From: Mycobacterium sp.
GTDB lineage: Bacteria; Actinomycetota; Actinomycetes; Mycobacteriales; Mycobacteriaceae
Length of the DNA: 58,329 bases
Assembly: GCA_035606475.1 (NCBI GenBank)
Contig: DATNFI010000133.1
Span: forward strand, 1 to 58,329
Direction: 5' to 3'
The position numbers and the translations under genes were made by a program. Of the stretch, positions 50,933 through 58,329 are shown one piece after another. Under the pieces are notes generated by a model. It saw only the letters and a list, made by a program, of their open reading frames with translations. It did not search any database and was not told the origin of the DNA. The first letter of the stretch is position 1; every line of letters begins with the position of its first letter.

Positions 50933-51790
50933 ATGACACGGGTGTGCGTGGTGGGCAGCGTGAATCTGGATATCGGGTTCGACGTCCAGAATTTGCCCCG
51001 CCCGGGTGAGACGGCGTTAGCCGGATCGGTGCGCTCGACGCCGGGCGGCAAGGGGGCCAATCAGGCGGTGGCGGCGGCACGCGCCGGCGCCGACGTGCAG
51101 TTCGTCGGTGCCGTCGGCGACGACGCGGCGGCAGCACAGCTACGCGCACACCTCGAGGCGAACGGCGTCGGCACCGACGGGTTGATCACCGTCCCCGGGC
51201 GCAGCGGCACGGCGGTCGTCATCGTCGACGCGGGCGGCGAGAACATCATCGTCGTCGCTCCGGAAGCCAACGGGCGACTGACGCTGGACGCATCGGCGCT
51301 ACGCCGCCCGATCGCGGACAGCGATGTGTTGTTGCTGCAGTTGGAGATTCCGCTCGCCACAGCCACGGCCGCGGCGCGCGAAGCACACGCGGCCGGGGTC
51401 GCAGTCATCCTCAACGCGTCACCGGCGGGTGGGAATCGGTCCGAGTTGAGCCAGCTGGCCGAGCTGACCGACGTCCTGGTGGTCAACGAAACCGAAGCTG
51501 CACAATGGATTTGGCCTGTCCCACACAAGGTGACTACGCTCGGCGCCCGCGGCGCCGGCTATGCCGGCGACGGCGCGGACTTCACCGTGTCCGCGCCCAA
51601 AGTGGCTGCGCTCGACACGTCCGGGGCCGGCGACGTGTTCGCCGGTGTCCTGGCGGCCAACTGGGCCGACGACCGCGACCGGGCATTGCGACGCGCGTGC
51701 GCCGCCGGCGCGCTCGCGACCCTGGTGCCCGGTGCGGGCAACTGCGCGCCGTCTTCCGCGGCGATCGACAAAGCAACGCTGTCGGACTGA
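50933..51790 (+). CDS. rbsK: Ribokinase
   Basis: GSVNLD, PGGKGANQA, DTSGAGD; probably leaderless (TAACCT 50920-50925). Confidence 0.92.
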   Translation: MTRVCVVGSVNLDIGFDVQNLPRPGETALAGSVRSTPGGKGANQAVAAARAGADVQFVGAVGDDAAAAQLRAHLEANGVGTDGLITVPGRSGTAVVIVDAGGENIIVVAPEANGRLTLDASALRRPIADSDVLLLQLEIPLATATAAAREAHAAGVAVILNASPAGGNRSELSQLAELTDVLVVNETEAAQWIWPVPHKVTTLGARGAGYAGDGADFTVSAPKVAALDTSGAGDVFAGVLAANWADDRDRALRRACAAGALATLVPGAGNCAPSSAAIDKATLSD

Positions 51791-51856
51791 TGAGTCCGTC
51801 GCTCAGGCGGCTGTGGCCGGAAGCCAGCAAGCGACTCCTGGGAAGCTGATGCGCCG

Positions 51857-53899
51857 CTAGTCCTCGGGAATGTCGCGTTCGATCGCGTCCAGCCAGGCCT
51901 GCGCCGACATGTCCGACGGGGCCCGCCAGTCGCCTCGCGGCGACAGCGCACCACCGTGGGACACCTTGGGGCCGTTGGGCAAGGCGGAGCGCTTGAACTG
52001 GCTGAACGAGTAAAACCGCTGCATGAAGATCTGCATCCAGTGCCGAATCTCTTTGAGCGAGTACGACGGTCGCTTGTTCTCCGGAAAACCCGGCGGCCAG
52101 TTGCCGTTGTCGGCATCGCTCCACGCATGCCAGGCCAGGAACGCGACCTTTGCCGGCCGGAATCCGTAGCGTAGGACGTGGTACAGCGAGAAATCCTGCA
52201 GGGCAAAGGGACCGACCTTCGCCTCGCTGCTCTGCAGCTCTTCTTCCTCGCCGGTTGGTACGAGTTCGGGAGTGATCTCGGTGTCGAGCACCGACTGCAA
52301 GACCTCCCCCACCTCCGACGAAAACTGGTCGGTGGAGATCACCCAGCGGATCAAATGCTGGATCAACGTTTTCGGCACACCGGAGTTGACATTGTAATGC
52401 GACATCTGGTCGCCCACACCGTAAGTCGACCAACCCAATCCCAATTCGGACAGATCGCCGGTGCCCAGCACAATACCGCCGCGCTGATTGGCCAGCCGGA
52501 ACAGGTAGTCGGTGCGCAGGCCGGCCTGGACGTTTTCGAACGTGACGTCATAGACCTTCTCGCCGCGCGAGAACGGATGGTCCATCTCTTTGAGCATGAG
52601 CGATGCGGTCTCGGTGATGTCGATTTCGGCGAAGGTGACGCCGAGTGCGCGACATAGTTCGACCGCGTTCCGCTTGGTGTGCTCGCCGGTGGCGAAGCCG
52701 GGCAGCGTGAAGGCCAGGATGTCGCTGCGCGGCCGGTTTTCTCGATCCATCGCCCGTGCGGCGACGATCAACGCGTGTGTCGAATCGAGCCCGCCTGATA
52801 TTCCGACGACCACCTTGGGAAAGTTCAAGGCGCGCAACCGTTGTTCGAGTCCTGCGACCTGAATGCTATAGGCCTCGTAGCAGTCCTGCTGCAACCGCTG
52901 CGCATCGGCAGGCACGAACGGGAACCGTTCGACGTTGCGGTGCAACCCGATGTCGCCGGCAGGCGGCTGCAGTTGAAAACCGATCTGCCGGAACGACTCT
53001 GCCGACGCGTGGTGGTGGCGGCGGTTGTCGTCGAAGGTGCCCATCCGCAGCCGCTCGGAGCGAAGCAGCTCGAGGTCGACGTCGGCGACGCTGCGCCGCT
53101 CGCCCTTGGGGAAACGCTCCGACTCGGCGAGCAGGACGCCGTTCTCCCAGACCATGGTCTGGCCGTCCCACGCCAGGTCGGTGGTCGACTCCCCTTCTCC
53201 GGCAGCGGCATACACGTACGCGGCCAGGCATCGCTGCGATGCCGAGCGCGCCAGTAGTGAGCGATCGTCGGCGCGACCGATCGTGATCGGGCTGCCCGAC
53301 AGGTTGGCCAACACCGTCGCACCCGCCAACGCCGCTTCGGCGCTGGGTGGAATCGGGACGAACATGTCCTCGCAGATTTCCACGTGCAGCACGAACCCGG
53401 GCACGTCGGACGCAGTGAACAATAGGTCCGGGCCGAACGGTGCTTCCCCGCCGGCGATCCGGATCATCCCGCGTTCGTCGTCGCCCGGTGCGATCTGGCG
53501 ACGCTCGTAAAACTCGCGATAGGTCGGCAGATACGACTTGGGCGCGACGCCAAGCACCGCACCGCGGTGAATGACCACGGCGGTGTTGTAAATGCGGTGC
53601 CGATGACGCAGCGGGGCGCCGACCACCAGCACCGGCAAGATGTCGGTGGACGCGGCAACAATGTCACGCACCGCGTCTTCGACCGCGTCCAGCAACACGT
53701 CCTGCAGCAGGATGTCCTCGATGGAGTAGCCGGACAACGTCAACTCGGGGAAAACGGCCAGTGCGACACCCTCGTCGTGGCATTCCCGGGCCAGCCGCAG
53801 CACCGACGCGGCGTTCGCCGCTGGGTCGCCGATCGCGGCGTGGTGCGTGCACGCGGCAACCCGGGCAAACCCCTGGCTGTAGACGTTGTAGAAGTCCAT
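51857..53899 (-). CDS. nadE: Glutamine-dependent NAD+ synthetase
   Basis: FPEL, PKSYLP and EICED glutaminase triad; SGGLDST; ENVQAGLR. Confidence 0.97.
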   Translation of the reverse strand: MDFYNVYSQGFARVAACTHHAAIGDPAANAASVLRLARECHDEGVALAVFPELTLSGYSIEDILLQDVLLDAVEDAVRDIVAASTDILPVLVVGAPLRHRHRIYNTAVVIHRGAVLGVAPKSYLPTYREFYERRQIAPGDDERGMIRIAGGEAPFGPDLLFTASDVPGFVLHVEICEDMFVPIPPSAEAALAGATVLANLSGSPITIGRADDRSLLARSASQRCLAAYVYAAAGEGESTTDLAWDGQTMVWENGVLLAESERFPKGERRSVADVDLELLRSERLRMGTFDDNRRHHHASAESFRQIGFQLQPPAGDIGLHRNVERFPFVPADAQRLQQDCYEAYSIQVAGLEQRLRALNFPKVVVGISGGLDSTHALIVAARAMDRENRPRSDILAFTLPGFATGEHTKRNAVELCRALGVTFAEIDITETASLMLKEMDHPFSRGEKVYDVTFENVQAGLRTDYLFRLANQRGGIVLGTGDLSELGLGWSTYGVGDQMSHYNVNSGVPKTLIQHLIRWVISTDQFSSEVGEVLQSVLDTEITPELVPTGEEEELQSSEAKVGPFALQDFSLYHVLRYGFRPAKVAFLAWHAWSDADNGNWPPGFPENKRPSYSLKEIRHWMQIFMQRFYSFSQFKRSALPNGPKVSHGGALSPRGDWRAPSDMSAQAWLDAIERDIPED

Positions 53900-53960
53900 C
53901 GTTCCCCTATTGTCGCCTGCCCGGCCTCATCTGGCGACTATCGGGTGTCGGGTCCGGACC

Positions 53961-55148
53961 CTAACCACCGGGTGCGGGCCGCGGCATGCGATAGCGACGG
54001 TCCCGCATCCGGAAGACGGTGTTGTCACCGCGACGCCCGCCGCCGTGGTTGATCTGCGCCACGGGCGGCAATCCCGAGCGACTGGCTTGGGCGGGTTCGG
54101 CTGCCCATGGCGGCAAGGCTTTGAAGCCAATCTCGGTGGCCGTGACCGGCTCGGCGGCCGGGCCTTCCACCGGCGCGGCAGCTGCCCAATTCGGCGGAGT
54201 CGACAACCCGCCGATCGGCACCGCCCGACCGGCACCGGCAAGCACTGGACTCACACCTTGCGGTGCAATGCTTTGCGCGGCCGACGCGGCACTTCCCAAC
54301 GGAGCTGCCATCTCCGGCAGAAATTTCGCCTGCGAAATGGATTGCGCCAATCCCTGGACAAATCGGCCCATCTGAAAGGTCGCGAAGGTCAACTGATACC
54401 CCGGAACCAGCGGCCCGGTAAGGGTATTGATGTCGCTGAAGACGGTGACGATCGAGGGCGGGGCGGCGTCCGCCGACGAGACGTTGGTGGCCCCGCCGGA
54501 CGCCAGGCTCTGCAGCTGCTGCGGGAGGGCGGCCATCATCTGGGACAGGGCCGTTTGAGATTGGTCGGCAGTCGTGCCGGCGGCCTGAGAAACCGCGACG
54601 CTTTGGCCGGATTGCCCCGTCGGACTCGTGGTCGGCGGTGGCTGGCTGAACTGGTCGAGGCTGGCTGCTGACGAGGCCGATCCGGCATAGTTGTACATCG
54701 CCGCGGCGTCTTGGGCCCACATCTCGGCGTAGGCGGCTTCAGTGGCGGCGATGGCTGGTGTGTTCTGGCCCAGGAAGTTCGTCGCGACCAGCATCGCCAA
54801 CAGCGCGCGGTTGGCCGCCACCACGACCGGTGGCACCGTGGCGGCAAACGCCGCTTCATAGGCGGCCGCGGCCGCCCGCGCCTGGTTCGCGGCCTGCTCC
54901 GCCTGCTGCGACGTAGTGGTCACCCATGCCACGTACGGCGCGCTCGCAGCGGCCATCGCGGCCGACGACGCGCCGGACCAACTGCCGTGCAACTCCGAAA
55001 CCAACGCGGAGTAGCGGGCGGAAAACGTTTCGAGTTGTGCGGTCAAGCCATCCCACGCCGCGGCTGCGGCCAGCATCGGACCCGAACCCGGGCCGGCATA
55101 CATCCTGGCCGAGTTGATCTCGGGCGGCAACGCCCCGAAATCAAACAT
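53961..55148 (-). CDS. PPE family protein, SVP subfamily
   Basis: [30 protein letters not shown]; SD GGAGGGAG. Confidence 0.93.
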   Translation of the reverse strand: MFDFGALPPEINSARMYAGPGSGPMLAAAAAWDGLTAQLETFSARYSALVSELHGSWSGASSAAMAAASAPYVAWVTTTSQQAEQAANQARAAAAAYEAAFAATVPPVVVAANRALLAMLVATNFLGQNTPAIAATEAAYAEMWAQDAAAMYNYAGSASSAASLDQFSQPPPTTSPTGQSGQSVAVSQAAGTTADQSQTALSQMMAALPQQLQSLASGGATNVSSADAAPPSIVTVFSDINTLTGPLVPGYQLTFATFQMGRFVQGLAQSISQAKFLPEMAAPLGSAASAAQSIAPQGVSPVLAGAGRAVPIGGLSTPPNWAAAAPVEGPAAEPVTATEIGFKALPPWAAEPAQASRSGLPPVAQINHGGGRRGDNTVFRMRDRRYRMPRPAPGG

Positions 55149-55232
55149 CAGCTCCCTCCCTGTGGGTGCAAACTGTTGGCCGACAAGTCATTACGACGTC
55201 GGACGTCCCGAAGCGATTGAGCCGGAAAGCGA

Positions 55233-56447
55233 TTAACCGCCGGAGACGGGCCGGGGCATGGTGAAGCGGCCCGCCTGTACACGCAGGATGTTGCTGACCG
55301 TGGGACGCGACCACATACCGGGCTGCTGGCTCATGCCCACCATCGGCGCGCCCGACATGCCCCCCATCGTCGTATCCGACGCGGGAACCGCTCCCAAGTC
55401 CGCCTCCGACAGCCACTGCGGGTCTGCGACCGCGCTGGCCACCGGGGTTGCCGACGCCCAGGTCTGCGGGACTGACAGCCCGCCGATCGGTTCGGCCTGA
55501 CCGATACCGGCGAGCACCGGCCGTTGCATGCCCTCGGCCATCCAGGCCTGGGTGGCTGCCTTGGCGCCGCCCGCGGCCCTGCCCACGCCTGCTGCCCCCT
55601 CCGCGGCGATCTTGGGTAAATCCTGGGCCTGCAGGCCGGTCCGGTAGGCCTGGCTGATGAAGCTTCCGCCGCCGGTGGCCGTACGACTGAACGCCGCGCC
55701 CAGGCTCGTCGGACCCGCCAGCGTGTTGAAGTTGCTGAAGGCCGTCAGGATCGACGACGACGGGTCAGTGGCCGCCGTTGTCGACCCGCTGGTCGCAAGG
55801 CTCTGCAGTTGCTTGGGAACCGACGCCAGGAACTGGGACAGCGTCGACTGGGCAGTGGTGGAGCCTGAGCTGCCGGCGGCTTGAGTCACCGCCGCGGCCT
55901 GAGCGGATTGCCCAGTGGCCGTGGTGGTTTCGGGCGGTTCGGTAAACGGCGACAGCGCGGTCGCGGTCGATGAGGCCGAGGCGTAGCCGTACATCGCTTG
56001 TGCGTCCTGAGCCCACATGTCGGCGTAGGCGGCCTCAGCGGCCGCGATCTGCGCGGTGTACTGGCCGAAGATGTTCGCCATCACCAGCGCCGCATACTGG
56101 GCGCGGTTGGCCGTGACCAAGGCCGGCGGTACGGCAGCTGCAAACGCCGCTTCGTAGGCCGCCGCCGCGGCACGCGCCTGACCTGCGGTTTCCTCGGCCT
56201 TCGCCGCCGCCGTCGCCATCCAGTCGATGTAGGGCGTGGCCGCATCGGCCATAGCGGACGAGGCGTTTCCCGACCACGATTCGCCCTGCAGGCCGGCGAT
56301 CACCGCGGAGTAGCCGCGGACGACCGACTCCAGTTGGCCCGCCATCGCTTGCCAGGCCGACGCCGCGGCCATGATCGGACCCGATCCCGGACCCGCATAC
56401 AGTCTGCCCGAGTTGATCTCGGGCGGCAGTGCACCGAAATCGAACAC
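55233..56447 (-). CDS. PPE family protein, SVP subfamily
   Basis: [26 protein letters not shown]; GTG 56447 (or ATG 56453) after GAGAGGGG. Confidence 0.93.
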   Translation of the reverse strand: MFDFGALPPEINSGRLYAGPGSGPIMAAASAWQAMAGQLESVVRGYSAVIAGLQGESWSGNASSAMADAATPYIDWMATAAAKAEETAGQARAAAAAYEAAFAAAVPPALVTANRAQYAALVMANIFGQYTAQIAAAEAAYADMWAQDAQAMYGYASASSTATALSPFTEPPETTTATGQSAQAAAVTQAAGSSGSTTAQSTLSQFLASVPKQLQSLATSGSTTAATDPSSSILTAFSNFNTLAGPTSLGAAFSRTATGGGSFISQAYRTGLQAQDLPKIAAEGAAGVGRAAGGAKAATQAWMAEGMQRPVLAGIGQAEPIGGLSVPQTWASATPVASAVADPQWLSEADLGAVPASDTTMGGMSGAPMVGMSQQPGMWSRPTVSNILRVQAGRFTMPRPVSGG

Positions 56448-56784
56448 CAGCATTACCCCTCTCTTCGGCCATCGACCACGGTGAACCGCAGACCTGGTGG
56501 TAAGGCCGTCCTGCGCCGAACCTAGGCGGCGCAGCTGAAAGTAGCTACCAGGACCCCCGCACCCGTCGGCAGTTTGCCTCAGCGTGAGCAAATCCGCGCT
56601 GACCGAATTGTCGACCCATCCAGCGGTGTAAACATGAGGTGAACGGCCTATTACCAATGGTAAACCGTGAAAAGTCTAATCCATTAGCAACATAGGCGAT
56701 TCATGTAAACGCTTGCAATCCGCGTGATGTAAAAAGCGGCCGGACCACGGTCACGTTGGCCGCATCACCGGGTACTCCTGCCGG

Positions 56785-57324
56785 ATGAGTCATACGGCCG
56801 TCCTCGTCGTCGACATGATGAACCGCTATCAACATCCCGATGCGGAGCATCTGATTCCCAACGTCGAGAAAATCGTCGGCCCCTTGGCCGACCTGATCAA
56901 ACGGTGTCGCGACGCCGACGACGTCGACCTCGTATACGTCAATGACAACTACGGTGATTTCACCGCCGACTTCTCCGATATCGTCCGCTCGGCCTGCCAC
57001 GGCGAGCGGCCCGATCTCGTGGATCCGATCGTGCCGACCCAGCACTGCCGGACGCTCACCAAGGTGCGGCACAGCGCGTTCTTCTCGACGCCGCTGGCGT
57101 ACCTGCTCGACCGCGTGGGCACCGAACGGTTGGTCCTGACCGGGCAGGTCACTGAGCAGTGCATCCTCTACACCGCGCTGGATGCCTACGTGCGCCACCT
57201 ACCGTTGGTTGTCCCGACCGACGCGGTCGCCGGCATCGACCCCGAGCTGAGCGATGCGGCGCTGACGATGATGCAGCGGAACATGGATGCCGAGCTGACG
57301 ACGGCGGCGGACTGCCTCGGCTGA
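56785..57324 (+). CDS. Isochorismatase-family cysteine hydrolase
   Basis: VVDM / K..HSAF / GQVTEQC catalytic D-K-C. Confidence 0.9.
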   Translation: MSHTAVLVVDMMNRYQHPDAEHLIPNVEKIVGPLADLIKRCRDADDVDLVYVNDNYGDFTADFSDIVRSACHGERPDLVDPIVPTQHCRTLTKVRHSAFFSTPLAYLLDRVGTERLVLTGQVTEQCILYTALDAYVRHLPLVVPTDAVAGIDPELSDAALTMMQRNMDAELTTAADCLG

Positions 57325-57342
57325 ATCCGTACTCTTGACGGG

Positions 57343-58191
57343 GTGACGGCGGTGGGCGCGCAGGCTCCGGAGCTGGTCGCGGCGCTGACCGGTCGCCGCG
57401 TTGCGGTGCTGACCGGAGCGGGGATGTCGACCGACTCCGGCATCCCCGACTACCGCGGGCCGGACTCGCCGCCGAGCAATCCGATGACGATTCGCCAGTT
57501 CACCAGCGACCCGGTCTTCCGCCAGCGGTACTGGGCGCGCAATCACGTCGGCTGGCGGTACATGGACGACACTCAACCCAACGCCGGGCATCGCGCGCTG
57601 GCCGCGCTCGAGCGCGACGGTGTGGTGAGCGGCGTCATCACCCAGAACGTCGATTTGTTGCACACCAAGGCCGGCAGCCAGAACGTCATCAACCTGCACG
57701 GCACCTACGCCCGGGTGGTGTGCCTGGACTGCGGCCATAGCATGACGCGCGCGGCGCTGGCCGAGGAACTCGACGCACTGAACCCCGGGTTCACCGAACG
57801 GGTCGAGGCGGTCGGCGGGCTGGCGGTGGCACCGGACGCCGACGCCGTCGTCGCCGACACCGCATCGTTCCGCTACCTCGACTGCGTGTCCTGCGGCGGA
57901 ATGCTCAAACCCGACATTGTGTACTTCGGCGAAAATGTCGCGAAGGATGTTGTCCAGCAGGCATTTTCGCTTGTCGAGCGGGCCGATGCGTTGTTGATCG
58001 CCGGCTCGTCGTTGACGGTGTTCTCCGGCTACCGCTTTGTACGGCACGCCGCGGCCTTGGGGATGCCGATCGCGATCGTCAATCGTGTACCCACCCGCGG
58101 TGACCAGCACGCCAGCGTCAAGGTCGACGGCGGCTGCTCGGAGCTGTTGACGCTGCTGGCCGAGGAGCTGTCCCCCGCCGCCGTCGCTTAG
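57343..58191 (+). CDS. Sir2-family NAD-dependent deacylase (class II, SIRT4-like)
   Basis: GAGMSTDSGIPDYRG, RQRYWAR, QNVD.LH, two CxxC, GSSL.VFSGYRF. Confidence 0.92.
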   Translation: MTAVGAQAPELVAALTGRRVAVLTGAGMSTDSGIPDYRGPDSPPSNPMTIRQFTSDPVFRQRYWARNHVGWRYMDDTQPNAGHRALAALERDGVVSGVITQNVDLLHTKAGSQNVINLHGTYARVVCLDCGHSMTRAALAEELDALNPGFTERVEAVGGLAVAPDADAVVADTASFRYLDCVSCGGMLKPDIVYFGENVAKDVVQQAFSLVERADALLIAGSSLTVFSGYRFVRHAAALGMPIAIVNRVPTRGDQHASVKVDGGCSELLTLLAEELSPAAVA

Positions 58192-58329
58192 AACGTGCAG
58201 GGCATGCTGCGGATGCCGTGAATGAAGTTGCCGGCCAGATACGCCGGGTCACCGGCCTGGATGTCCGGCAGCTGGTGCAGCAGCTCCCCGAAGATCGCCC
58301 GCAGCTGCGCCCTGGCCAGGTTTGCACCC
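58188..58329 (-). CDS. Cytochrome P450, C-terminal fragment (5' part outside the window)
   Basis: Hand translation GANLARAQLRAIFGELL...NFIHGIRSMPCTF*, the segment that follows the heme Cys; its stop overlaps the sirtuin stop. Confidence 0.8.
   Translation of the reverse strand, partial: GANLARAQLRAIFGELLHQLPDIQAGDPAYLAGNFIHGIRSMPCTF

Overview
High-GC chromosomal segment of a non-tuberculous Mycobacterium. The backbone follows my recollection of the M. tuberculosis Rv2405-Rv2438c gene order: PemK-like, CBS, transglutaminase/alpha-E/ATP-grasp, rpsT, holA, comEC/EA ... DegV, octT, gpgP, rsfS, nadD, VWA/MoxR, proA, MscS, cyclase, rbsK, nadE. Between comEA and DegV lies a ~28.5 kb lipid block. 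It contains an acyl-CoA dehydrogenase pair, an F420 PPOX enzyme, and a trehalose-polyphleate (TPP)-type cluster (bimodular PKS, papA3, mmpL10, PE-PPE acyltransferase, fadD23, gap-like), followed by a regulator, an Rv0926-like reductase and mmpS/mmpL. The most striking signal is that regulator: a Streptomyces StrR/NovG-type ParB-fold activator. It carries a 17/18 match to the StrR/NovG operator inside its own ORF, and related sites overlap the papA3 ribosome-binding site and lie upstream of a distant PE-PPE gene. It also has an out-of-frame Arg-rich leader ORF (or a 1-nt frameshift). Other points: a secreted repeat protein missing from the ORF track, a pseudo-cyclase/MscS pair with both nucleotide sites degenerate, and two PPE-SVP genes with no PE partner behind a structured leader. 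No rRNA, tRNA, CRISPR array or IS element was seen. All family calls come from reading motifs, not from database searches.
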